Part shown: in pieces, positions 28,363-40,825 of the stretch
How the letters are laid out: every line of letters begins with the position of its first letter
Numbering within the stretch: the first letter of the stretch is position 1
Origin: Eledone cirrhosa
Lineage: Eukaryota
Assembly: GCA_964016885.1 (NCBI GenBank)
Contig: OZ024753.1
Coordinates: 3,038,001-3,102,000 of the forward strand
DNA: 64,000 nucleotides
Reading direction: 5' to 3'
The notes under the pieces: generated by a model
Told to the model about the DNA's origin: nothing
The model's input: only the letters and a program-made list of their open reading frames with translations
Database searches by the model: none
Position numbers and translations under genes: made by a program

Positions 28363-28518
28363 ATAAACTGAGATTACATAAACCAACTTTCATACAGTCG
28401 ACCATGCAAGTTAGTAGGCTTTGAAATAATGACACCAGGTGGTGTGAGTGGTGTAGAATTTTGTTTTTTAAACCATTATGGATTATTGGGGAAGAGTTCT
28501 TTGAAATTTACAATTAAA

Positions 28519-29777
28519 GTAGGGTGGCACATGATATGGGGTATCTTTCTGATCTTTAACATGTGACAGAAGTATATGGCATATATATATTCTGCATAGT
28601 GTGAGGATTATTTACCTCTACTGTTTTTACGATAACATTGAAAATGGAGGGAAATGAGATGCATTTTCATCATTTGATGCTCTTTTTTTTTCCAGAAAGG
28701 AAAATATACTGTAAAAACAGCAACAACAAAAAGATGTGCTGTTTAAGGAGATGGTACTATAACTGGTAGTACTGTTCAGAAATGGTTTGCTAGGTTTAGA
28801 GCTGAAAATTTGGACCTCAAAGACTGTGCACATTCAAGCATGTCTATTGTCCTTGATAATGACCAAATTGAGACTTTAATAAAAAAAAAAAAAAATAAAT
28901 AATAATAATAATAATAATAATAATCATCCAGGCAACACAATGTGAGACATCTCAGAGGTACTCCACATATCTCATATGAGTGTTACAAGGTATTTGAAAA
29001 CACTTGGTTAAGTGAATTGTTATGTTTCGGTATTTCATAATTTAATGGGGAAAAATTTAATAGAGTGCATTTCCATCTGCGATTATCTACTTAAGTGAAA
29101 CAAAAACAATCCAATTTTGAAAAGAATGATCACAGGTGATGAAAAATGTATTGTTTATGTGGAGCATAAAAGAAGTGGGAGATAATCAAATGAACCAACT
29201 TCAAGCATTCCAAAAGCCGGTCAGTATCCGAAGAAAGTAATGCTCTGTATCGGTGGGATCAGAAGGGTAGTATATATTAGCAGCTCCTGCCATGAAATCA
29301 GACATTAAATTCAGGCTATCATTGTTCCCAATTTGACCGATTAAAGAAGGTAATCAATGAAAAGCGTCCAGAATTGGCAAACCAGAAGGGTGTGGTCATA
29401 CATCAGGAAAACACTAAACTAAACGTTTCTTACAGACCCAGCACGAATTTGTACATCTTTTGAAATATCCTACCACACCCATCATATTTACCTGACTTTG
29501 CAGTTTCGGATTTTCATCTATCCTGATCCTTATAACATTTTCTTAATGGGAACAACTTTGATTCTTTATAAGACTGCAAAAACCACCTCAACCAGTTCAT
29601 GACCTAGAAAGATGATAAGTTCTAGGTGGATGGGATCATAAAGTTGCCTCAAAAATGACATATGGTAGTGGAACAAAATGGAAAATGTGTGGTTGAATAA
29701 AGATATGTACAACTATTTAAATATCCGTAATGAATTTTATTTTGAAAACGCTATGAAGTTTTGTTACAACACAATAT
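28519..29777 (+). mobile_element. Decayed full-length mariner transposon (mellifera-subfamily-like)
   Basis: About 1.26 kb with eroded TIR-like ends, enclosing the transposase pseudogene. Confidence 0.8.
28644..29700 (+). pseudogene. Mariner (DD34D) transposase pseudogene
   Basis: Across frameshifts and stops it reads MEGNEMHFHHLML..., VQKWFARFRAENLDLKD, KRMITGDEKCIVY, PKKVML, EKRPELANQKGVVIHQEN, ILPHPSYLPDFAVSDFHL, VVEQNGKCVVE*; these match the mariner motifs TGDEKW, HQDNA and YSPDLAPSD. Confidence 0.92.
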
Positions 29778-31139
29778 AATTTATTATAAGCTGAAAATTC
29801 AGAAACGGTTACTGCTACTTTCTCATTACTGAAAATTATATTAGTTTCTTCGTTTTTCAGTAATTGTCTGAAGATTGTAAATGAGAAATTCAGTTGAACA
29901 ATTCACGATTGTTCAGCTTGAAATACTCGTAAATTATAAACCCCTCTATTCATGCAAGGATTATCATATAACAAATAAACTAGCTCTTAGTGTCATTGTT
30001 GGTGAATTCTACACCACTACCATTCTTGTCTCTCTGGGAAATTGCACATACTACGAAAATACACTTTAACCATTATTAAGACAACTGAACTGTCATTTTA
30101 CTATCAGTATTAGCATAAGTAGTATGTAATTATTGTATTTTGTACATAAATTAGTTAGAAGTAATATGTAAGAAGTATTCTGATTCATTTTTCATGTCTT
30201 GCTATAATGCTAAGCTAGGAATAATTGTATCTTTGCCAGATATACATCATAACTACAGCTAAAATATTTGAAGTGATATATTGACTGATGTTGTTTTAAG
30301 GTTTATACTGATGATTCTACAGTAGCTAAGCATTTAAATCAATTCAATCAGTGATAATCCTCTTATAGAACTCATACAAGCAATTTAAAGATCAACCTTA
30401 CTGTAAAACACCAAAACATTTGAGTTAAAAGCTTTTTCATTGGCATTGTAATGCAAAAATCTCCTCCAACTATTTTCTTATTAAGGAACTTCTCTTTACA
30501 ATATTTATTTAAGGAATTTTCAATAAAGTGATGTAGAAATGGAGATAATGGAATGAAAAACGTTGAATAGCCAGATTGCTGCATCAGCACAAAAAATTTC
30601 TAATAGCTGGGAGAATTCAAAGATCATTAGAATAACTACTCCAATTGTGCTTTGAACAACTGCTCTTCATCGCAACCCCACAGGAGTAATTTAAATGTTC
30701 TTTTACCTTTATAAAGCAAAAACGAATTCATGGTCTTCATTCACCAACACTCATCATTATTTATAAAGCAATTTGTTATTATAACCATTGCAATAACCAC
30801 ATGCATTACAACTACAAACACAACCACCACTAACACCATCATCACAATCATCAAAGTAAGATCAAGTACATCATCTCTATTGGCAGTATAAAAGGAAATG
30901 CCTCATTATTTTCATCAGCACCAACTGCAACACTATAGGGGATTACAAATACCCAATCAAAAATTTTCACCATTATCCAAAGTTCATAGTTTTCACTCCT
31001 TTGCAATTTTTTCATTTGCTAATATCTTATGAATATTTAATTGCGTTATTGACATTTATTTCTTAACTAATTTTATTAATTTTCCATCAATAGTACGGGT
31101 TGAATAAGATCGCAAATGTTTAGAGTCACAAGAATTGGT

Positions 31140-31398
31140 TGGAATTTAATATGAATATGCGTTGGTATGGCCATGTGAAGCACATGAAAGATAACCGCTG
31201 GGTGAAGAAGTGCCAAGAAATCCCGGTGGAAGAAAGACCACCGAAAAACATGGACAGAGGTGGTGAGAGCTGACCTCAGATTGCTGAAGCTCACAGAGGA
31301 GATGACGAAGGACCGTGACGAATGGAGAGATGCTGTGCTGAAGAGGACCCATCCCATCCCATCCTTGCAAGCAAGGAAAAGCGGACGTATGATGATGA
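31140..31398 (+). mobile_element. Decayed RTE 3' fragment
   Basis: CGTTGGTATGGCCATGTG..., translation ...TWTEVVRADLRLLKLTEEMTKDRDEWRDAVLKRT; (GAT)n tail. Confidence 0.8.
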
Positions 31399-31430
31399 TA
31401 TACATATATATATTATTATTATTATTTACC

Positions 31431-31630
31431 GGTGGATTGGCAGTATCGGTAGAGGGTCGGACGCCATGCTTTCCAGCATAGTTACATCCCTTTACGATCT
31501 GAGTTCAAATCCCGCCGAGGTTGACTTTGCCTTTCATCCTTACGGGGCCGATAAAATAAAGTACCAGTAATGCACTGGGTAATTTGCTGGCCTTGTGCCT
31601 AAAGTAGAAACAATTATTATATTATTATTA
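31431..31630 (+). mobile_element. SINE family B, young copy
   Basis: Near-identical to 12446-12632; (ATT)n on both sides. Confidence 0.93.
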
Positions 31631-31664
31631 TTTACCCACTTATTCCGGGGGGGGGGGGGGGGGG

Positions 31665-31860
31665 TCATGGGAGCAGAGTCCACAAATGCTCCTTCCAGTG
31701 GGTCCTGTCAGAAGCCACCATCTTCAACTGATCCGGCTGGATCCCCCAGTGAGACCAGCCAAGCTCATGAATGTTATTTAACCCTCTTGCTTGAGGTCTA
31801 CCCCTGGGTCTCCTGCTGATTGGTTCTGCACCCATGCACTGCTGTGAAGGCATCCATCAG
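31665..31860 (-). mobile_element. RTE 3' ORF remnant, Expander/Rex3-like subfamily
   Basis: Translation RRPRGRPQARGLNNIHELGWSHWGIQPDQLKMVASDRTHWKEHLWTLLP resembles the RTE C-terminal GRP..W motif region. Confidence 0.7.
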
Positions 31861-31875
31861 TAGCTTGCCAATACA

Positions 31876-31876
31876 A

Positions 31877-31926
<50 letters not shown>

Positions 31927-32159
31927 GTGTGTGTGTGTGTGTGTGTGAGTGTGTGTGAGTGTGTGTGAGTGTGTGTGAGTGAGTGTGAGTGTGTGTGAGT
32001 GAGTGTGTGTGAGTGTGTGAGTGTGTGTGAGTGTGTGTGAGTGAATGTGTGTGTGTGAGTGTGTGTGTGAGTGTGTGTGTGAGTGTTTGTGTGTGTGTGA
32101 GTGTGTGTGTGAGTGTGTGTGTGTGAGTGTGTGTGTGTGTGTGAGTGTGTGTGTGTGTG

Positions 32160-32191
<32 letters not shown>

Positions 32192-32241
32192 AGTGTGTGT
32201 GTGAGTGGGTGTGTGTGAGTGTGTGTGAGTGTGTGTGTGTG
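31876..32241. repeat. (CA)n-(TA)n-(GT)n/(GTGA)n microsatellite
   Basis: Direct reading. Confidence 0.95.
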
Positions 32242-32289
32242 CAACTGGGTTGTGTCAGAGCATCACTACTACACACATATATGTAGAGT

Positions 32290-32606
32290 AAAGACCCACA
32301 TCAGTAATATGTGGATATGAGATTTGTACCTTGAGGCAAAAGTCCAGGCAAGGTTGTTTGTGGAAGACCAGCAGTTGCCATGCATACTACCCTCCCTCTT
32401 CCATGCAACTGATGTTGTCCAAGGGAAAAGCAAAGGCTGATACAGCTTGGCCCAGTGGAGTCGCAATTCATTTCTACAGTTGAGTGAACTGGAGCAATGT
32501 GAAGTAAAGTATCTTGCTCAAGGACACAATGCATCACTCGGTCTGTGAATTGAACTCACAACCTCATGATTACAAGTTCAATGCTCCATCTACTAAGTCA
32601 AGCACA
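32290..32606 (-). mobile_element. SINE family A-related copy with a different 3' half
   Basis: Reverse complement of the family A head and centre (TGAGTGAACTGGAGCAATGTGAAGTAAAGTATCTTGCTCAAGGACACAA...AATTGAACTCACAACC). Confidence 0.8.
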
Positions 32607-33881
32607 TTCACACACACACACACACATGTATATGTCTGTTTGTGTGTGTGTGTGTATGTGTGCTAGGCTTCTGCAGAATTTCCAGTTTCCAAATTCCACT
32701 AACAAGTCTCTATGCCTGTGGCATATGGTAAAAGAGACTTGCCCAGAAAACATTCCCAGAAAAAAGCCTACCTCGGTATTAGAGTTAAATGACATCACAA
32801 TAGGAATTACCACAAGACAGAGATCTGATATGTCATCAGTAATCTAATAATCAAATGTATTACTTTACATTTTCCCAGCCCAGGTGCCATAACAATGCAA
32901 GGAACAGACAGGTCCCAGACATGATAAAATAATTCTATCTAGAGGGAAAGGCTGATTGATACCTTTGATCTAACAAAATATTTCACATATCATGAAAAAT
33001 AATCCTATTTGGTACCTGCAAGTGTTTTTATGTTTATGTTTGGTGTATGTGTGTGGATGTATGGTGTAAGTGTACATTGTGTTTATGGTATGTGTTTGGT
33101 GTGAGTGGTGTGTATGTTTTGTATGCTATTTTAAGGTATATGTGTATGTGTGTGGGTGTGTGTATCAAGCGAGAGCGATAGATTTAAAGTAAAAATGCTA
33201 AAGGCAAGAGCAGACTTTCAAAAGAATAACCACAACATAGTAAAAACAAAAGAAAAAACCTAGAGAAATAAAGAGCAGGAGTGGGAGAGATGGAGAGAGA
33301 GATACATAGAGATAGATATAGAGAGATAGAAGGAAGGTCAGAGAAAAAACCTTATTAAGTGAAACAAAAAAGCTTTTAATATTTTTTCAGTGCTGAGAGA
33401 GAGAAAAACTTTCAATTTCAGTTAAAACAGCTCACAGCAACTCAACTCTGTCCTCTAATTTTATCTTGGTCTAATTAATTTTCATTTTCTTTGTCAATAT
33501 TTTGCTACTCATTCTCACTAAACACTACTAGACATTAACCCGTTCATTCTCACATAGTTGTTGCAGATCCACTCAAATGCTACTAAAATATTGATTACTT
33601 TTAGTAAATCAAACGGCAATTTTTTAAAAATGGTGTTATTAATTAGGTCAAACTTGAAATCTTTTTACTGGCTTTTTTATAATTTTGTGTCAATATCAAA
33701 TCCCCACCCCCTATTTTACACTTTCTTTCTGTTATTTCTCAAACTATCTTAAGAACAAGACAGATCCTATAATAGACAGACGTTGGTTTGGGTTATTTCA
33801 CAGTCTAAGAAAGGTATTTTACACTGTGTCCCAATTTCACATTGTATGTTTCTGGCAAGGTCAAACCCAATGTGGAGCCAA

Positions 33882-34131
33882 TTAAATCTTTCATTATCAT
33901 ATTCCTGGTGTTTTAATTAATTTCGAAAATAATCAAGAATTTGGAGAAATTTGTGGTAAGACAAATAGCGTTTGAATTGTTAAGATAATGTTTGGAGCAT
34001 TATATAACATATTCTCTTGTAAAATTAAATTATGATGGGAGGTTTTAATATAAGTATAAACACTTTAAAATAGGCAGTTTTGTATCAGTGAACCAGAAGT
34101 GGTTTCAGGCAGGTTGGTATCAAAAGGTTAA
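33882..34131 (+). mobile_element. TTAA MITE family 2
   Basis: TTAA..CTTTCATTATCATATT ... GGTATCAAAAGG-TTAA. Confidence 0.7.
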
Positions 34132-34370
34132 AATATTTCTACTTGCTCAAATTGGACTCCAAATCCTTAGATAAATGATAATACTGTGAGCGTATTGGCT
34201 TGCCTCAAAATATTCCACTCACCCTTGTGATGTGCAGCTGATTGTTGCACTTGGTGGTGAATTGATGGTTGCTTATGTTTATGTTTCCCTTTTGTTTTCT
34301 TTCTCTCACTCAGGTTATGTACTTTGGTGTGTTATATCTGTGAGGTTCCTCGCAATAGTTAATTGTATTT

Positions 34371-34559
34371 GGTGGATTGGCAGTACCGGTAGAGGGTTGG
34401 ACGCCATGCTTTGCAACAAAGAGTTATGGCCCTTTATGATCTGAGTTCAAATCCCACCGGGGTTAACTTTGCCTTTCATCCTTATGGGGGTCGATAAAAT
34501 AAAGTACCAGTAATACACTGGAATAATTGCCGGCCTTGTGCCAAAAGTAGAATTAATTA
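34371..34559 (+). mobile_element. SINE family B
   Basis: Consensus match. Confidence 0.92.
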
Positions 34560-35150
34560 TGTGTTTATATTTGTGCTATATTTTTATTCAGAAAGAATTT
34601 TTAACAGTTTGTAATGTTATTTATACAACTGTGATTAAAAATTACACAATATAATTTTATGTTGGTGCCATCTTTATACATATTTTTACCAGTTTCTCCT
34701 TCTACAATTCTATGTTGGTAGATTCTTTGGAAACTTCAATAGAAATAGTAGATAACTGGATTTTCTATCTACTTTGTATATATTGATATCCATATAATTG
34801 ATGTCTTTCAACAAATATCTGCTTTTGTTTTTCATCTTTGCTGGCAACATCTTTTTAGGTGGAGAAATGCCAGGCAACAGGTAAAGATAATTAAAGTTAG
34901 TGAACCAGAGATAACCTGTTACATATCAGTATGTCTCACTGGAAATGGTATCCAGAGATTGTAATTAAGCAAAGTGGAAAATGTTTAAAGGGAACCTAGA
35001 GCAATACCTCCCACAAATTGAACCTAAAACAGAAAACTTTATCACATATGCAAAGTTGGTTTGTTAAATAAAAACAAAAAAATAGCTGGAATTGCCAAAG
35101 TTAATACATACATGAACTCATGAGAGAAAGTTCTGAGTTATATAAAAAAT

Positions 35151-35330
35151 ATAATTGTTTCTACTTTAGGCACAAGGCCAGCAATTACCCAGTGCATTAC
35201 TGGTACTTTATTTTATCGACCCCGTAAGGATGAAAGGCAAAATCAACCTCGGCGGGATTTGAACTCAGATCGTAAAGGGACGTAACTATGCTGGAAAGCA
35301 TGGCATCTGACTCTCTACCGATACTGCCAA
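35151..35330 (-). mobile_element. SINE family B
   Basis: Reverse-complement consensus match. Confidence 0.92.
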
Positions 35331-35344
35331 TAATTAATGTTTTA

Positions 35345-37248
35345 TCATCATCATCATCATCATCACCATTTTACGTCCGTTCTTCCACGCTAGCATGGGT
35401 TAGACGGTTGTCCTGTTGTGAGCAGTGTCTGGTCGGCTGACCATGCCTTGCTCATACAGGAACTGATTTGGCTTGATTTCTACAGCTGGATGCCCTTCCT
35501 AACACCAACCTCATTTACAGTGAGTGCTGGGTGCTTTTTCGTGGCGCCTACACGTCCACTTTACAGTGTGGGCTAGGTGCTTTTTTGCCGTGGCACCTCC
35601 ACTGCCACCTTGCAATGGGAGGGTGTGGAGGCATATTGTCTATATGCTTCAGCTTGTACCCATGGGAGGTCGGGTACTCTGTATTACTGCATGACGCCAG
35701 AGGTCACGGTCATATCATTGCCTTTGAGAGGTGTAATTGGGTAAGGTCGGCTTTTATCACCTCATTCCAGGTCATCTTGGGTCTCCCCACTCCGCGGTTT
35801 CCATCGACTTCTAGTGCTCTGCACCTTTTTATGCAGCTGTCATCCTTCATACACATCACATGTCCATACCAACGCATCCGCCTCTCCTGCACACAGCATT
35901 TGATTCCTCTTATGCTCAGTCTCTCTCTCAATTCATTTATGCTTTGTCGTTCACGTTTATTACTATTACACATCCATCGGAGCATGCAGGCTTCGTTTCT
36001 ATCTAATCTACGTAAGTCTTCCACCTTCAGCGCCCAGGTCTCACTACCACGTAACATTGCTCTTCGGATACACGCATCATACAGTCTGCCTTTCATTTTG
36101 AGGGAGAAGCCTTTTGCAGCTAGCAGTGGTAGTAGTTCCCTGAACTTCTTCCATCCCGTTCTTACCCTAGTTATTGTACTTTCTGAACACCCACCTCCGC
36201 TACTAATTCGGTCACCTAGGTAGCAGAAGCTGTCTACTGTCTCTACAGAGCCCTCCCAGAGATTGGTGGTACTTGTTTCCTGTGGCTGTTTGCTGCTTGC
36301 TGTCCCAGTACAGCTGCTGCATGTGAAGCCTACATTCTTAATTAAGCTTCCTGAGATCCCGCTACATCTCTTGTGTACCCATTGTTTGCATTTGGGGCAG
36401 AGAATGGAGTTCCTACCTACACCTTTCCTACATACTGAGCAAGGCCATTTCCCTGAGGGGATCTGGGTTCTGTTTTCTCGTCTACTTACAAGGACCTTAG
36501 TCTTTGTCATGTTGACTTTGAGACCCTTTCTTTCTAGTCCCTGCTTCCAAGTTTGGAATTTCTTCTCTAGTTCTACCATAGATTCAGTTATAAGTGCGAG
36601 GTCATCAGCATACAGGAGTTCCCATGGGCATCCGGTCTTAAACTCCTCCGTTATTGCCTGCAGGACTATGATGAACAGGAGAGGGCTAAGAACAGAGCCC
36701 TGGTGGACCCCAACCTGTACGCTAAATTCCTTGCTATACTCATTGCTAATCCTAACTTTTCTGACTGCTCCCCTATACATGGCTTGTACAGCTTTCACAA
36801 GCCATTCATCTACTCCTAGTTTTCTAAGAGCCCACCAGATTACAGCATGTGGAACTCTGTTAAAGGCTTTCTCGAGATCGACGAATGCCAGGTAGAGTGG
36901 CTTACTTTTAGCTAGGTACTTTTCCTGTAACTGCCTCACAAGGAAGAGGGCATCAGTGGTGCCTCTTCCTGGTACAAACCCAAATTGCATCTCATCTAGT
37001 TTCACACGGTCCCTAATCAACTGTGCTATAACTCTTTCTGTTACTTTCATGACCTGGTCCATCAGCTTTATACCTCTATAGTTTCGTCTATCGAGTGCAT
37101 CCCCTTTACCTTTGTAGCAGTTGACAATGATGCTACTGCACCAATCTTTTGGTATGACACCTTCTAGTATTACCTGGTTAACAATACGTGTGGTTATAGT
37201 GTGACCTACAGACCCAGATGCCTTCAGCATCTCGGCAGCTATACCAGA
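35345..37248 (-). mobile_element. 5'-truncated RTE-clade LINE
   Basis: RT ORF, about 300-bp 3' UTR and (TGA)n tail; begins mid-ORF at SGIAAEMLKASG, so the endonuclease domain is missing. Confidence 0.95.
35710..37230 (-). CDS. Non-LTR reverse transcriptase (RTE clade), N-terminally truncated, with internal PHD-like finger
   Basis: 506-codon open frame with NYRGIKL, QFGFVPGRGTTD, AFVDLEKAFNRV, GVHQGSVLSPLLF, LLYADDL, FCYLG, RWYGHV and GRPKMTW; a frameshift removes the last approximately 20 codons. Confidence 0.93.
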   Translation of the reverse strand: MLKASGSVGHTITTRIVNQVILEGVIPKDWCSSIIVNCYKGKGDALDRRNYRGIKLMDQVMKVTERVIAQLIRDRVKLDEMQFGFVPGRGTTDALFLVRQLQEKYLAKSKPLYLAFVDLEKAFNRVPHAVIWWALRKLGVDEWLVKAVQAMYRGAVRKVRISNEYSKEFSVQVGVHQGSVLSPLLFIIVLQAITEEFKTGCPWELLYADDLALITESMVELEKKFQTWKQGLERKGLKVNMTKTKVLVSRRENRTQIPSGKWPCSVCRKGVGRNSILCPKCKQWVHKRCSGISGSLIKNVGFTCSSCTGTASSKQPQETSTTNLWEGSVETVDSFCYLGDRISSGGGCSESTITRVRTGWKKFRELLPLLAAKGFSLKMKGRLYDACIRRAMLRGSETWALKVEDLRRLDRNEACMLRWMCNSNKRERQSINELRERLSIRGIKCCVQERRMRWYGHVMCMKDDSCIKRCRALEVDGNRGVGRPKMTWNEVIKADLTQLHLSKAMI

Positions 37249-38103
37249 AAATACTTATTAATGCTAGGGAACTCTCTTGCCATTCAGCAACAACAAACTT
37301 TTATGGAATTCATAAACATGAATAGAAACATCTAGGAAGCATGATACCACAAACAAAAGCAACGTGATGATCCTAGAAAACTAAGAGAAGAATATAATAT
37401 TAATCAAATTTTCAATCTACTTATAATAAACGGAACCAAATACCAAAACCAAAAAATTTATTTGAAAGAAAATCATCTACATCACAATTCAAATTGTATT
37501 TAAAAATTACACCCAGGCCTTTATTTTACTAAACTCTGGATGTATAAAAGGCAAATGTGAATCTGCTTGATTTGATTTCAAAACAAAAGATTATAAAACT
37601 GGATAGAGTGAAGAATCAAGTTCTGAATTTGTCATTACCTCAACATTACTGAAGTTATATAATAACTGATTTCGTAAGTACAGCCATGTTTTAAAATGGC
37701 TTATAATTATTTCTTTCATTCAGCAGGTGAAAAACGAATTTGAGTCCAGCAGAAATTGAACCCAGACTTTTAAAGTAAGTGTTGATAGAAACACTCACTA
37801 CAGGATTAATTTCAGGATCACCATTAAACTCTCAGCTTTTCTAAATATACAGCTTTTATCTGTGTTTGTTTTTAATCTAATTATAGCCATAATGTAGTGC
37901 CACTAAATGAGGCATTTAATTACACTTACAAGATTCCATTTCAACTTTGTGTTTAAAGTGTTATTAGAAGAAAGAACAGCAAACTGTGAAATTAACTTTT
38001 CTATAATTATATAAGAATCTAAGCTTGGGAAACCATCATGTACATTAGATGGAAAGTAAGATGATGAAAATATAAAAAAGGGGCTTAACAGCAGACGTTA
38101 TTT

Positions 38104-38300
38104 TGGCAGTGAATTGGCAGTATCAGTAGAGGGTCGGACGCCATGCTTTCCAGCATAGTTACATCCCTTTATGGTCTGAGTTCAAATCCCATCGAGGTTA
38201 ACTTTGCCTTTCATCCTTATGGGGTCGATAAAATAAAGTACCAGTAATGTACTGGATAATTGCTGGCCTTGTGCCAAAAAGTAGAAACAATTATTATTAT
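38104..38300 (+). mobile_element. SINE family B
   Basis: Consensus match. Confidence 0.92.
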
Positions 38301-38424
38301 ATCCAAAAAATTAGTGACATTATGAGTCTCATGGACTTAGAACAGACTAAATTTGATTTTATTAACTGAGGATGTTAAATTAGGAATAATTTAAACTCTG
38401 AAATATGGGACTCAAAACTCCATG

Positions 38425-38662
38425 CGAAAAAGCACCCAGCCCACACTGTAAAGTTGTTGTGAAGGTGCCAAGGAAGAAAAGCACCCAGCACTCACTGTGA
38501 ATGAGGTTGGTGTTAGGAAGAGCATCTAGCTGTAGAAATCAAGCCAGAACCAGTTCCCATATGAGCAAGACAAGGTCAGCCTACCGGACACTGCCCACAA
38601 CAGGACGACCCGTCTAACCCATGCTCGCACGGAAGAACAGACGTAAGACGGTGATAACGATT
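38425..38662 (+). mobile_element. RTE 3' UTR fragment
   Basis: Matches the reverse complement of 35350-35590. Confidence 0.88.
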
Positions 38663-38924
38663 ATATATATATATTTATATATACCCTTCACCATCTTATA
38701 TCTACCTCTTCAATCCCCTCCTTCATACACACCCTAGATGTTGCCCCAACCCCCACCTTGCACATCTGATATACCTCTCTAGTACAGCCTGTACATGCAC
38801 GCACAGAAAGCTGAACATGTTCTCACACAATGCTGCTGAAATGGCTAATAACTTTCAGTCTACCCTGTCAGTTGGTCATTTTGGTGCCATGATAAACCTC
38901 CAGTCCTTGCTGCAAATTTTGTTG

Positions 38925-39065
38925 GTAGATCATCCAGCCACAGAAACCAAGCTAGAAACAGTTATGTTTGAGAAAGACACGGTCACCTGATCTGAATTAT
39001 CTAACAAGGGACAACTCGTCTCACCGATGCTAACATGGAAAATTGACATTATATGATCATGATGA
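38925..39065 (+). mobile_element. Decayed RTE 3' UTR fragment
   Basis: CATCCAGCCACAGAAACCAAG...ATGCTAACATGGAAAATTGACATT. Confidence 0.7.
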
Positions 39066-39090
39066 AGAGGACATGCATGTACATATAAAA

Positions 39091-39130
<40 letters not shown>

Positions 39131-39829
39131 AGAGATGTAAGTATGTATGTATACGTACATACATATATGTATACAGACGTACATATGCATACATATATAT
39201 GTGTGAATAAACATAATGGTGCTATATTGATACTTGGATCCTGCTCCACTCATTACTACTATATATATGTGTATATATATATATATATCACACACACATA
39301 TATATATATATATATATAAATGTATACAAACACATACACACACACATTTATATATATATATATCCTCATATATACATATACATTTGTATAATTATATATT
39401 TACAGAAAAACAAGCTAAATAAACGAATACAAATTATTTCATGCCTATTTGATTTGCTTTGTTGCTGTAACTATAATTTCATTCCAGCCTTAGAGGCAAT
39501 AACCTGATTATTTTTCTCATGCAGCCAATCATTTTGTTTCCTTTCTAACTAGAATTCCATCAATTTGAAACTTTAAACAATTTTCTTTTCCATTCCATCT
39601 ATACGTTTTTTGTTGTAATTATTTTTTCGTGCACAGTCACCTTCTTCTATATCTTATATTCCTTTCACTTGCACAAACCTAACTATTTCTCTCTCTGTTT
39701 AACTCTCAATTCTTTCCTGCCCACCATATCTCTATAACTCTTTGATGTGTTGTAATATGCCCTTGAAGCGTCTTGTTGCCCCAAACACATCTTTTGTTAT
39801 GATTTAATTTGAACCTCCTACATTATTCA

Positions 39830-40155
39830 GTGCTAACTAACACCACGACCACTACCACGACCACCATCATACTCTCAACCACTACAGTCATACTAAAACA
39901 TTATTTCAACTGCCATCAAGACAACTATTCTCCAACACCAACACCACTCTCACATCTGCTACAACCAAACCAAAACACCATTTCAACTTCCATCACCTCA
40001 GCTATACCCAACCACTACCACCACCACTATACTCACAACCATTTTAGCCATACCAAAACATTTCAACTACCATCAACTTAGTTATATCCAACCACCACTA
40101 CCACCACCACCATAACCACCACCACCTCTTCCATCATCATGATAACACTACCACA
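39830..40155. repeat. (ACC)/(CCA)-rich low-complexity tract
   Basis: Direct reading. Confidence 0.75.
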
Positions 40156-40514
40156 TATTTTTAAATATTACTCCTATTTCTTTCCTTCACTTCAACCGAA
40201 CAACTTGTTTCACCTGTAGCTGAATGCTATCATCTTTCAGTTGTTTTCTTGCAGTAATGGTTTTGTCATTCTACACGATGCTTTCAGCTGTATTATCTCA
40301 TTTAGTAAAGGGTTGAAAGAACACATTGATAAAGTGATGGTAACCTCTTAGTGGAAGGATTAGAAGTTCATATCTCAGGAACTTCACTGTGTTACATCCA
40401 GAGTATCCACTACAAATCCATCTTGTTTATATAAATGGCAACACAGAAAATTTAATAAGTACAGGAAGAGCATGCTGCTTGTTATTTGACCGTGAAAGTC
40501 AGGTTAGTTCACAG

Positions 40515-40825
40515 TGATGTGAGAATAGAGTTTGGTGTTTGACTAAGAAAATGGTGCAAGAATAGGCATATTTGACCAAGAAAATGGTGTGAGAATGAAG
40601 CATGGTATTTAACCAAGAAAATGGTGCGAGGATGAGTCATAGTATTTGACCAAGAAAATGATGTGAGAATAAAGCATGGTATTTGAACAAAAAAAATGGT
40701 GTGAGAATGAAGCATGGTATTTGACCAAGAAAATGATGTGAGCACACACTTTAGTGTTTGAGCAAGAAAGGGATGTAAAAATGCAACTTCAGATATTAGC
40801 AAGAAAGTGATGTGAGTATAAGTGA
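40515..40825. repeat. 37-bp minisatellite, about 8 degenerate copies
   Basis: Unit GAGAATGAAGCATGGTATTTGACCAAGAAAATGGTGT; TTT(G/A)ACCAAG recurs at 40571, 40608 and 40645. Confidence 0.92.

Noticed and set aside
34859-34880. Possible 22-nt micro-exon (TTTTAG/GTGGAG...CAACAG/GTAAAG)
   Set aside because: Such AG/GT pairs are frequent by chance in AT-rich DNA, and there is no supporting exon chain.
35531-36895. Two long plus-strand ORFs (230 and 210 aa)
   Set aside because: Antisense shadows of the RTE RT frame; no recognisable motifs.
35331-37270. Target-site duplication for the main RTE copy
   Set aside because: Only a short ATTAATG match, offset from the 5' end; not convincing.
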